The translations under genes and the position numbers were made by a program. From an uncultured Verrucomicrobiota bacterium (lineage in GTDB: Bacteria > Verrucomicrobiota > Kiritimatiellia > CAIQIC01 > Lenti-01): a stretch of DNA of 64,000 nt. Positions 25,301-33,727 of this stretch are shown in pieces (within the stretch, counting starts at the first letter, position 1; every line of letters starts with the position of its first letter). The stretch lies in assembly GCA_964526745.1 (NCBI GenBank), contig CAZGMQ010000005.1, positions 10,702-74,701 on the forward strand, written 5' to 3'. Below the pieces are notes generated by a model, which was given only the letters and a program-made list of their open reading frames with translations, did no database searches and was not told where the DNA came from.

Positions 25301-27766
25301 CGTTCCATTCTCAGGCGTCTGATCCGTCAGGCCCACCCAGAGGTCGTTGGAGTTGCTGCCGCCGCCGGTCACAGTCACCGAATAATACAGGCCGTTGTTG
25401 TCGTCCATGTTCGTGGTCACGCCATCGGTGGCTTCGATGTAGAACTGGACCGTCGTGTCCGCAGCGAACAGGCCCAGGTTCAGATTGTACCACTCGCCGC
25501 CATCCGAGCCCCAGGCCGGATTGAACGTCATGTTGGTCGGCAACCATGTCGCCCCGGCATCCGTCGAATAGACGGTGCTGATGCGCGTCACACTGCCGGA
25601 CGGGCCGGCTTCGGAGTTCACATAGAAATCGGTCGCATCGGTGACTGCGCCATCCAGCGGATCGTGACTGGTCCCGCGGATCCAGACGCCATCGGGGGCA
25701 TTGACCGTCAGGAAATAGTTGGCCCCGCCGTTGTTGTCCCAAATTTTATTGTCCGAGGCATCGGCGATTTCGACATAATATTCAATGACAGTGTCGGCTG
25801 GATAGGTCCCGAGACGCACACCATACCAAGTGCCGTCCTGACTCACACCGTTGGTTTCGACCATGGGCAGCACATTCCATGTGCTGCCGCCATCGGCGCT
25901 AAAGCCCAGCGTGGCGCTGGCCACCACACCGGTTGGGCCGGCTTCGGTATTGATGAAAATCGGCGTCACGGCCGTGATATCACCATTGACGGGTTCGCTC
26001 TGGGTGCTGCGGACCCACATCTCGGGCTCCGACACACCGGCTACAAAAATCTTGGTTTCCTTGCCGCTCAAGGTGACGGCAATCGTGCCGCCGCTGGAGG
26101 TGACGCTTTCGCTTTCATTCAGCGCATTGACAAACACGGTTCCGTCCGGCTTATCCACCGCCGGACTGATCGAGACGCTGCCGTCGGAGGTATTCAGAGC
26201 CACCAGCGACTCTTCATCATCATAGACACGGCTGAAAGCATAGGCGCCGGCACTGCCGGTCTGATAGCGCTCACTGAAGGACCCGCGGGTCAGACTCTTG
26301 TGATTGGCGCGGGCGTTGTTGAGCGCAGCGATGTGCTGATACAGGGGGGCATCGGTCGCGGCCAGCTTGTTGCCCTGCGCCGGACCGGGCTGGAAGCCGC
26401 GATCAAACATGCATTCGCGCTGCCAGTCCGCATCGTCATAGTCGGTGCCGGCATTGCTGCCGTTCCAGTGGCCGCCTTGCTGGAAGGCGTGCTCGGTGCC
26501 GTAGAACAGACAGGGGACTGGAGTCGCCAGATACAGGAAGCTCAGCGCCGGACGCATGTCCCAGACGATGTTGCCGACATCGCCACCATCCTGCAGGCCG
26601 ATGCGGTTCACATCATGATTGTCAATAAACGTCACCAGACGGTTCGCGCCTTCGCCATATCCACTCTTGGCGTCCAGACTCTGCGTCAACTGGCCCGTCC
26701 AGCCGTCATCCACAAACACGCTCTTGATCGTCTGGCTCATCGGGAAGAAGAGCGCCGCGTTGAACGAGTAGTCGGAGTCTTTGCAGTAGCTCGCCAGCGT
26801 GTTGTTGTCGTACGAGAAATATTCGCCGAACAGGATAAAGTCATTCTTGCCACGGAACGCCGCATGCTGACGGATGCCGTCGGCCCAGGCCTTGATCCAG
26901 TCATATTCCACATGCTTGATGGCATCCACGCGGAAGCCGTCGCAGTCGGTCGCGTCGATCAGATTCTTGAAGGCCTGATCCAGCCAGCCCTGCACGTTCG
27001 AGTCCTCGGTCTTTAGATCGTCCGTGCCCTTGAACTGGCCATAGATATATTCCGGATAGCTGTCCCAGTTGTTGATCGTGCCGTTGTTGTGGAACCACTG
27101 CAGGTCGTTGAAAGGCGCGGCATGCTGATTGCCGGAGTCCCACCAGCTGAAATTGTTTCCACCGCTGGGATGATAGTACTTGTCGTCCGTGCCGTCGGGC
27201 AACCCGTTCTTGTCGGCCATGTGGTTGATGACCACATCCAACACCACATAGATGCCGCGGGCGTGGCAGGCGTCGATCAGGTCGGTCAGCTCCTGGAACG
27301 TGCCCATCGTCGGATCGCACTTGAAGAAGTCGGTCGGGTGATACATGTGATACGGCGTGTAGTTCGGGTCCTTGCCCTGGTCGTTCATCTGGACGCCGGA
27401 CATCCAGATCGCCTTGACGCCCATGCCGCTGAGGTAATCGAGATTATCCTTTAACCCTTTCCAGTCCCCGCCGTGATGGAAATTGCGGTTGTCCGGAAAA
27501 CTGCGCGTGCCGACATACCAGGAAGGCTCGATGTTGTTGTTGGCGGTGTCGCCGTCGGCGAAGCGATCGGTGAACAGCTGATACATGTTGATATCCCGCC
27601 AATCCTCCGGACTGGGCGTGTAGGTGAATCCGGGGTCGCTGTCGACCCGGGACCGCAGTCCGTAGGTCGCATCGCTGGCGCCATAGGGCCATTGACCAAA
27701 TACTGTTGACGCGACCATGGCCGCACAGAGGATCCACAAGTTCAGCTTCATCGACTTCATTTTCAA
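22358..27766 (-). CDS. Giant secreted GH13 alpha-amylase-family enzyme with at least 4 tandem CBM25-like modules
   Basis: Signal peptide. GH13 regions VLDVVINHM, GFRVDAIKHV (nucleophile Asp), FGEYF (acid/base Glu), FIDNHD. Four about 100-aa repeats of the form YS.DGG.TW...WY...G.F..GT...Y..E..D...WDNNGG.NY. Confidence 0.8.
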   Translation of the reverse strand: MKMKSMKLNLWILCAAMVASTVFGQWPYGASDATYGLRSRVDSDPGFTYTPSPEDWRDINMYQLFTDRFADGDTANNNIEPSWYVGTRSFPDNRNFHHGGDWKGLKDNLDYLSGMGVKAIWMSGVQMNDQGKDPNYTPYHMYHPTDFFKCDPTMGTFQELTDLIDACHARGIYVVLDVVINHMADKNGLPDGTDDKYYHPSGGNNFSWWDSGNQHAAPFNDLQWFHNNGTINNWDSYPEYIYGQFKGTDDLKTEDSNVQGWLDQAFKNLIDATDCDGFRVDAIKHVEYDWIKAWADGIRQHAAFRGKNDFILFGEYFSYDNNTLASYCKDSDYSFNAALFFPMSQTIKSVFVDDGWTGQLTQSLDAKSGYGEGANRLVTFIDNHDVNRIGLQDGGDVGNIVWDMRPALSFLYLATPVPCLFYGTEHAFQQGGHWNGSNAGTDYDDADWQRECMFDRGFQPGPAQGNKLAATDAPLYQHIAALNNARANHKSLTRGSFSERYQTGSAGAYAFSRVYDDEESLVALNTSDGSVSISPAVDKPDGTVFVNALNESESVTSSGGTIAVTLSGKETKIFVAGVSEPEMWVRSTQSEPVNGDITAVTPIFINTEAGPTGVVASATLGFSADGGSTWNVLPMVETNGVSQDGTWYGVRLGTYPADTVIEYYVEIADASDNKIWDNNGGANYFLTVNAPDGVWIRGTSHDPLDGAVTDATDFYVNSEAGPSGSVTRISTVYSTDAGATWLPTNMTFNPAWGSDGGEWYNLNLGLFAADTTVQFYIEATDGVTTNMDDNNGLYYSVTVTGGGSNSNDLWVGLTDQTPENGTVTPADTVVLTAETWPIGAATNVGMAFSTDAGANWQAALFTMGATNGNNDTWTVDMGSFADGTVVSYAIFSQSATREEWDNNGGSNHQIIVGEVGGLRMVQHTPVINDGNPGTTPDNPDDEFDFATTGGAATTGGTNGFGSFGSIYVNYDETYLYIGGTGVALPDDSQNNAYMVMLGGGTNEGSPNFWGPTGAPYGLDNTHNAAFQPSVNLAILLGDVYGDGTFTNFEMYVGGGFDFGQGVFSTAAGASTFAAVDGAAISQFGGYGMDSRLAANWECAIPLATFGVTNASDLTNLYVSGLMVTGDTNPTNSNNRFISGRYLGDSATLGNEEVADEYGNFAFSFVNLGGTKVLPPQSGNADLGVPDSWVSTNFPPGYVLTDTSDFNSDGRPDRHAYFAGLDPTTNDSLVILSQGGGRMAVYKVGGQACSYVVDTADEVIDGNWNWTPRATAVSLDGAMDMPSLDVASYMMRVRVNVPPVNQPVDSVSVSATPPGGSFSSSNVTVTLSVSGVNVTSSTYTVEGGSATDYVNGDTIVFGDGLAVDASRTLTLDGSTINGVTTQKVYTFTRTEASLQISWTGNVGTDPTGGAWDAGEALAISFETAPLNAAVSAGIAYSSDGGSTWTSTDMTAGTANASNDTWSINLGSGFSAGTTVQYALVATDGQGNPTWNNNNNNNYSISVNGGGGGDLPYSTNPTKGLYRASGITIDGDNTGGEWTDSMLIALDVVNDDPRSLGENWTMHEAPLDFSHLWACWDDDNVYIAWQMVDVTDVVDPSNAGGGDPISRNDGILIWAALDTKSGGNSGIGGDMWTKSNHWSGVNLPDYQIYMAGSLWQSYMSTALSSDTWAGDTELGTTYNTTAGWGIDVANSAALIASDAYGVWDCDDRVNDSGTFTNFKTSGHARTDRDSFYEMKIPMASIGITKAQLESTGIAVMLGAGSLSAMDTIPNSSGTSDTPGVETYNSSFEWGDADTYSENFARIGN

Positions 27767-28159
27767 GCTCCTGAGAGGGTGTTATGATGGGGACAGCAGT
27801 TCCAAAATCTATTAAAACGTTAAACCGTTTTAACCTAAAGGTCAAGCGTTTTATGTGGGGTTTTTGACCGGTCAAAGGCGTCGAAATCGAAACGTTTTAC
27901 CTCTTTCGATTGTTAGGAACCCATTATGACTGTAAATATTAGGAATCTCATGGAGTTAGAACAGACGTTTTTGTCCGCCGCCACCCCCATTTTTGTCACC
28001 CCGATTTCCGGGTGAGCGAAATCTTTTTTTTCTTTCTTCCAACTTTCTGACGAAGCTTGCACAACAAAACCGCCGGGCCGGAATCGGAACCGGTTTGGCC
28101 CCGTCGCGACATGATTTCTTCCCTTTCCTCTCTCTGCCTCCCCCGCTACACTTCCCCGC

Positions 28160-29350
28160 ATGACCAAACCCCTTCGTTTCTCTGAATTGCCCCGTCCCGA
28201 CTACAACGGCGGCAGCATCGTCAACCTCATGTCGTCTCTCATTCAGTCCCGTGGCGGACGATCCCCCCACCGCATGCTGCGCGGCCTGTCCGCCGCCCAA
28301 ATTAAGCCGTATAAAAAAATCGTCCTGCTACTGCTGGATGGACTCGGAAGCAACCAACTGCATGATTATGTTCTGGCCGGGAAGGGAAAGAAGTTTCTGG
28401 CCCTTCATCCCTTCCAGAAGATCACCACCGCCTGCCCCGCCACCACGGCGGCGGTCATCACCACGCTGGCCACCGGCGCCTCCCCGACCGAGCACGGCAT
28501 CCTCGGGTGGCATCTGCACCTGAACGACCTCGGCATGGATGGAACCATCCTGCCGTTCGTCACGCGAATGGGAACGCCCATTGCGCATCCCGACTTCGAC
28601 CTGAACCGGTATCTCGCCCTCCCGGCTCCCATCGCCAGTATGCACGGCCGACGCGTCCTGATTTCGCAGGGGCACATTCCCACCAGCCGCACGTCCATGG
28701 CCCAACCCTGGTGGACCGAACGACATTCCTTTGAGGAGCTGGACGGCATGGTCCGGCAACTGCGCACCTTCGCCCGCTCTCCAAAACGAGGCTATGCCTA
28801 CGCCTACTGGCCCACCTACGACTCCCTCTGCCATCAATACGGCCCCCAGGGACGCATCCCGGCGCAGCATCTCTCCGACATCGATACCTTCCTGGCCAAG
28901 GTACAGCGCGCGCTGGCCGGCACCGACACCCTTCTGCTGGTCACCGCCGACCACGGTCATATGCAAACCGACACCGCCATCAACCTCGCCGAGATTCCCG
29001 GCTTCTATGACACGCTGACCTCCCTGCCCTCCGGCGATTCCCGCATGGCCCAGTGCTTCGTTCGCCCCGCACGAGTGCGGGACTTTTTACAAATCACCCG
29101 CACCGCACCGTTTCTCGGAAACTGCGCCTGTGTCACCCACTCCGAAGTCCTCCGATCCGGCATTCTGGGCCCCGGAACCCCCCATCCAGCCCTCAAAAAC
29201 CGCCTGGGCGACTATGTCCTTTTTGCCGCGCCCGGAACCGCCTTCCTCTATCCCCCGGCCCTGTCCATCTATAAGAAGGCCATGCTCGGCAACCACGGCG
29301 GCCTCTCCAGCGATGAACTGGATGTCCCACTGTTTGTGATCCAGCCGTAG
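28160..29350 (+). CDS. Alkaline-phosphatase-superfamily metalloenzyme (type I phosphodiesterase/nucleotide pyrophosphatase-like)
   Basis: IVLLLLDGLGSN metal-site Asp, CPATTAAVITTLATG nucleophile loop, TADHGH metal-binding motif. Confidence 0.6.
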   Translation: MTKPLRFSELPRPDYNGGSIVNLMSSLIQSRGGRSPHRMLRGLSAAQIKPYKKIVLLLLDGLGSNQLHDYVLAGKGKKFLALHPFQKITTACPATTAAVITTLATGASPTEHGILGWHLHLNDLGMDGTILPFVTRMGTPIAHPDFDLNRYLALPAPIASMHGRRVLISQGHIPTSRTSMAQPWWTERHSFEELDGMVRQLRTFARSPKRGYAYAYWPTYDSLCHQYGPQGRIPAQHLSDIDTFLAKVQRALAGTDTLLLVTADHGHMQTDTAINLAEIPGFYDTLTSLPSGDSRMAQCFVRPARVRDFLQITRTAPFLGNCACVTHSEVLRSGILGPGTPHPALKNRLGDYVLFAAPGTAFLYPPALSIYKKAMLGNHGGLSSDELDVPLFVIQP

Positions 29351-29497
29351 GGTTCAGCGGTTGAACAGCCCCGGACCGGGGATTCACACGACTGAACGGT
29401 GAACCCTTGAACCGCTGAACCTCTTCCCTCGGCTTGACACCCCGACCTCCTTGCTGTATCTACCTACAGAAACAGTAAGACCAACCAGGAGACACCA

Positions 29498-30730
29498 ATG
29501 AACTCACCCGACTATTCAAACTACTTTAATCTCCACCCCGATGCGGACGGCCGGTATGGCAAATACGGCGGCGCGTACATCCCGCCCCCGCTCGAAGCCA
29601 TCATGAACGAGATCCGCGACGCCTATAATACCATCTCGCGCTCCTCGAAATTCGTGGCCGAACTCCGTTCCATCCGCAAGCACTATCAGGGCCGCCCCAC
29701 ACCGGTCTATCACTGCGAACGCCTCTCCAAGAAGCTCGGTGCCGCGCAGATCTATATGAAGCGTGAAGACCTCAACCACACCGGCGCGCACAAGCTGAAC
29801 CACTGTATGGGCGAAGGCCTCCTGGCCACCTATCTCGGCAAAAAGAAAATTATTGCCGAAACCGGCGCCGGCCAGCACGGCGTGGCCCTCGCCACCGCCG
29901 CCGCCTACTTCGGTCTCGAATGCGACATCCACATGGGCGAAGTCGATATCGCCAAGCAGGCGCCCAATGTCGCCCGCATGAAACTCCTCGGCGCCAAGGT
30001 CATCCCGGTCACCTTCGGTCTCAAGACCCTCAAGGAAGCCGTCGACTCCTGCTTCGGCGCCTATATGGCGGATCCGGTCACCCAGCTCTACTGCATCGGC
30101 TCGGTCGTCGGTCCCCATCCCTTCCCGATGATGGTTCGCGACTTCCAGCGTGTCGTCGGCATCGAAGCCCGCGAACAGTTCTTTGACATGACCGGCGACA
30201 TCCCGGATATCGTCACCGCCTGCGTCGGCGGCGGCTCCAATGCGCTGGGCATCTTCAGTGCCTTCCTGGCCGATCCCTGCGAAATCCACGGAGTGGAACC
30301 TCTCGGCAAGGGCACCAAAGTCGGCGAACACGCCGCCACGATGACCTACGGCACCGAAGGCGTCATGCACGGCTTCAATTCCTACATGCTGCAGGACGAG
30401 AAGGGCGAGCCCTCCCCGGTCTACTCCATCGCCTCCGGCCTCGACTATCCGTCCGTCGGCCCCGAGCACGCCTTCCTCAAGGACAGCGGCCGCGTGAAAT
30501 ACTTCACCGCCACCGACCGCGAGACCGTCGAAGCCTTCTTCATGCTCTCCCGCGTGGAAGGTCTCATCCCGGCCCTCGAAAGCGCACATGCCGTCGCCCA
30601 CGCCATCCGACTGTGCCGCGAAGACCCCACCCACTCGCGCAGCATCCTCGTCAACCTCTCCGGCCGCGGCGACAAGGACATGGATTACGTCATCGAGCAC
30701 TACGGCTTCGGCGAAGACTTCAAACTGTAA
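29498..30730 (+). CDS. trpB: Tryptophan synthase beta-chain family PLP enzyme (stand-alone, no adjacent trpA)
   Basis: [11 protein letters not shown]-terminus, PLP-lysine motif [21 protein letters not shown] Gly-rich loop. Confidence 0.7.
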   Translation: MNSPDYSNYFNLHPDADGRYGKYGGAYIPPPLEAIMNEIRDAYNTISRSSKFVAELRSIRKHYQGRPTPVYHCERLSKKLGAAQIYMKREDLNHTGAHKLNHCMGEGLLATYLGKKKIIAETGAGQHGVALATAAAYFGLECDIHMGEVDIAKQAPNVARMKLLGAKVIPVTFGLKTLKEAVDSCFGAYMADPVTQLYCIGSVVGPHPFPMMVRDFQRVVGIEAREQFFDMTGDIPDIVTACVGGGSNALGIFSAFLADPCEIHGVEPLGKGTKVGEHAATMTYGTEGVMHGFNSYMLQDEKGEPSPVYSIASGLDYPSVGPEHAFLKDSGRVKYFTATDRETVEAFFMLSRVEGLIPALESAHAVAHAIRLCREDPTHSRSILVNLSGRGDKDMDYVIEHYGFGEDFKL

Positions 30731-30751
30731 GTCGACCCCACGCCACACAAA

Positions 30752-30780
30752 AGACCGGCCAAACGGCCGGTCTTTTTTTA
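30752..30780 (+). terminator. Rho-independent terminator of trpB-like gene
   Basis: AGACCGGCC-AAAC-GGCCGGTCT followed by TTTTTTTAT. Confidence 0.7.
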
Positions 30781-30837
30781 TGCCCTCCCAACTCTCCCAG
30801 AGGTCGGGACGTTTTGCTGCCGCATGAGCCGGAAGAG

Positions 30838-31294
30838 GAAATTCTCACACGGAGACACGAAGACACGGAGAGGATGGTTTCTTCACTTGGAAATTGAGTG
30901 TTGTTTTGTTGGATGTTGAATATTGGGAGCGGGGCCGCGCCGGCAGAATGGAATTCTGACAGGATTAACAGGATGAACGGGATGAAAGTAAAAAACGGCC
31001 CGACGGGGTCCCTCCTTCGCCAAGACTTCGGCGGGCAGGCTGTCGGGGCTCCAAAATCCCCTCCACAGTCAAAAATGATAAAAACCAGACAATTTTAATG
31101 ATTTTCAGCCGATTTTTGGCCTCAAAACCTGGATTTTCTCTCGCAAAGACCGCTAAGCGCCTCAAGACACTTCACAAGCTTCTTTGCGCACTCTGCGTGC
31201 TGTGCGTGAAATGGCTGTTCTTATTTGTCTCGCGGCGCAGCCCTTTCCCATTTCTTGCTTACCTTTGTGTCTTCGTGCCTCCGTGTGAGAATTC
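30838..31294. repeat. 27-bp inverted repeat pair (GAAATTCTCACACGGAGACACGAAGACAC / GTGTCTTCGTGCCTCCGTGTGAGAATTC) bracketing a low-GC about 400-bp non-coding segment; MITE-like
   Basis: 26/27 matching inverted arms at 30838-30866 and 31267-31294. The interior GC is far below the flanks and has no credible ORF. Confidence 0.5.
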
Positions 31295-31415
31295 TTATTC
31301 TTTTGCGTTAAATTTCTTTATTTTTGAGTCTCAAAAGCCCATTTTAGGCATTTTGAGAGCGTTTTGAGGACCAAAAGGGCGTCATGGCGCGAGAAAACGG
31401 GCCTGTAAGCGGGTT

Positions 31416-31601
31416 TCAGTCGGGGTTGGTGCTGCAGTCTTTGGAGTAGCGGCAGCCGTCGCAGCCACCCCCACAAGCGTCGGAAGCGGCACTTCGGTCG
31501 CGTTTGCGGACCCATTTGCGGCGATAGTACACCGTGAGCCAGATCACAGCCCCCACCACGACAATCCCCACCGTCAGCCAGTCGAGCCATTGGGTCTGCA
31601 T
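31416..31601 (-). CDS. FeoB-associated Cys-rich small membrane protein
   Basis: 61 aa with one TM (LTVGIVVVGAVIWLTVYY), basic stretch RRKWVRKRDR and C-terminal CGGGCDGC. Its ATG overlaps the feoB stop (ATGA). Confidence 0.55.
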   Translation of the reverse strand: MQTQWLDWLTVGIVVVGAVIWLTVYYRRKWVRKRDRSAASDACGGGCDGCRYSKDCSTNPD

Positions 31602-33715
31602 CACAGCACCCCCCAACCCATCCAGAGGCCGATCTGATAGATTAAAAAGGTCACCACCCAGGCGATGGCGGTCATCCCGAAGAGCATGCCCATGGCCCAG
31701 CCCCAGGAGTTGGTTTCGCGCTTGGTGACGGCAATGGTGGCCATACAGGGTGCACTCAGCAGGCAAAAGAGCATCATGGCAAGGCCCTGAAGCGGCGTGT
31801 AGTTCTTCCGCAGGGTCTGGCGCAGGGTGTCCGGTTCCGCTTCGGCACTCCCGAGCGAGAACACGATGCCCATCTGGGCGACAAACACTTCCTTGGCGGC
31901 AAAGGCACCGACGAGCGCCGTTCCCACGCGCCAATCAAAGCCAAGGGGCTGAATTGCCGGCTCCATCCATTTGCCGATGCGACCGATAGAGGAGTATTCC
32001 AGGGCCTCGCCCTGGCGGGCACTCTCGTACATCGCGGCCTGTTCATGTGTAGTGGCCTGCTCGATGGCGACCGTGTAGTCTCGACTGAATTCCGTGCGGC
32101 GCGGGAAGGTGCCCAGCGCCCACAGGATAATCGAAATCGCGAGAATGACGGTGCCGGCCTTCTGCAGATACATCCAGGCGCGGTCCCACATATGGATCCC
32201 GACTGAGCGCAGGGTGGGCATACGATACGGCGGAAGTTCCATCACGAACGGAGCGGATTCGCCGCGGAAGAGTGTGCCGCGCAGCAGGCGGGCCACGCCG
32301 ACGGCCGCCAGGATCCCGGCCATATAGATGCCCCACAAAACCCAGCCGCGCCATCGGGGCGCAAAGAAGGCCGGAATCAGCAGGGCATAGATGGTCATGC
32401 GGGCGCCGCAACTGACAAACGGGGTCACCAGAATCGTGGTGAAACGGTCGCGGCGGCTTTCAAGGGTCCGGGTCGCGAGAATAGCCGGCACGGTGCAGCC
32501 GAGGCCAATGAGCATAGGGATAAAACTTTTCCCGTGCAGGCCCATCTTGTGCATGAGGCGGTCCATCAGGAAAGCCACCCGCGCCATATAACCGGTGTCT
32601 TCCAAAAATGCGATGGCCAGGAACAGGAGCAGAATATTCGGCAGGAAAGAGATCACGCCGCCGACTCCACCAATGATGCCGTCCACCAGCAACGACTGCA
32701 GCAAGGGGGCTCCTCCGGCCGGCCAGATGCTCAGGATCCAGTCCGATAATCCTCCAAGCAGGAGTTCAATTCCCTGCATCGCCGGCTCGCCCAGTGTGAA
32801 CACCAAATTGAACACGCACCACATCATAAAAACAAAGATCGGCAAGCCCCAGACGCGGTGCAGCAGAATGCTGTCGAGGTGGAGCGTGCGGTGGCGGTGC
32901 ACATGGTGCGATTCCGCCCGGATGACTTCGGTGGCCACGCCCAGAGCAAATCCATAGCGGGATTCTGCCATCTGGATATCCAGGGGTCGTCCTCCCCGTC
33001 GCTCCAGGCATTCGGCTTCCGCCTGGGCGACCTGGATGGCATCGACTGGCGCATGGGGGTTGGGAACACCATCCAGCAACGAAATGGCCTGACGGCGGGC
33101 GGTGGCGGCGTCTTCACCTTCAAACTGTTGAGCCAGATTGGAAATCGCGCATTCCAGGTCGACACCATAGGACACGCGGCTTGTGCAGGGCCGACCGGCG
33201 GCCGCAATCTCCAGCGCTGTGGACAAGAGCGTCGACACGCCCTCTCCATTACTACCGTTGGTGGGAATGACGGGACCGCCCAGCAGGCCGGACATCAGGT
33301 CCAGATCAAAGGACAGGCCGTTGGCCTCTGCCTCGTCGCTCATGTTCAGCGCGAAGACCAGCGGGACGCCCATTTCCGTCAGTTGCGCGGTCAGATGCAG
33401 ATTCCGTTCCAGATTTGTCGCATCGATCACCTGGATAACGACCCCGGCCCGGTCTTCAAGGATTTCATCGCGGGCAATGGCCTCTTCGGGAGATGTCGCC
33501 AACAGGCTGTAGACGCCGGGGAGGTCCACCATTTCGATGGCGCATCCCTTGTGGATGAAGGAAGCCGATTTCTTTTCGACGGTGACCCCGGCATAATTTC
33601 CCACATGCTGATGAGCACCCGCCAGCCAGTTGAACAGACTGGTTTTTCCGCTGTTCGGGTTCCCGGCCAGCAAAACGACCGTCTCGCATCCGTTGGCTTT
33701 TGGCGGGGGGCTCAT
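31601..33715 (-). CDS. feoB: Ferrous iron transport protein B
   Basis: N-terminal G-domain GNPNSGKTSLFNWLAG (G1) and DLPGVYSL (G3), followed by a polytopic permease domain. 704 aa. Confidence 0.85.
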   Translation of the reverse strand: MSPPPKANGCETVVLLAGNPNSGKTSLFNWLAGAHQHVGNYAGVTVEKKSASFIHKGCAIEMVDLPGVYSLLATSPEEAIARDEILEDRAGVVIQVIDATNLERNLHLTAQLTEMGVPLVFALNMSDEAEANGLSFDLDLMSGLLGGPVIPTNGSNGEGVSTLLSTALEIAAAGRPCTSRVSYGVDLECAISNLAQQFEGEDAATARRQAISLLDGVPNPHAPVDAIQVAQAEAECLERRGGRPLDIQMAESRYGFALGVATEVIRAESHHVHRHRTLHLDSILLHRVWGLPIFVFMMWCVFNLVFTLGEPAMQGIELLLGGLSDWILSIWPAGGAPLLQSLLVDGIIGGVGGVISFLPNILLLFLAIAFLEDTGYMARVAFLMDRLMHKMGLHGKSFIPMLIGLGCTVPAILATRTLESRRDRFTTILVTPFVSCGARMTIYALLIPAFFAPRWRGWVLWGIYMAGILAAVGVARLLRGTLFRGESAPFVMELPPYRMPTLRSVGIHMWDRAWMYLQKAGTVILAISIILWALGTFPRRTEFSRDYTVAIEQATTHEQAAMYESARQGEALEYSSIGRIGKWMEPAIQPLGFDWRVGTALVGAFAAKEVFVAQMGIVFSLGSAEAEPDTLRQTLRKNYTPLQGLAMMLFCLLSAPCMATIAVTKRETNSWGWAMGMLFGMTAIAWVVTFLIYQIGLWMGWGVL

Positions 33716-33727
33716 CGCAGCTGCATC

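Noticed and set aside
31098-31367. 89-aa hydrophobic ORF (MIFSRFLASKPG...) inside the inverted-repeat-bounded low-GC segment
   Set aside because: AT-rich composition atypical for this genome's genes, no RBS and no recognisable domain. More likely non-coding MITE-like or regulatory DNA.
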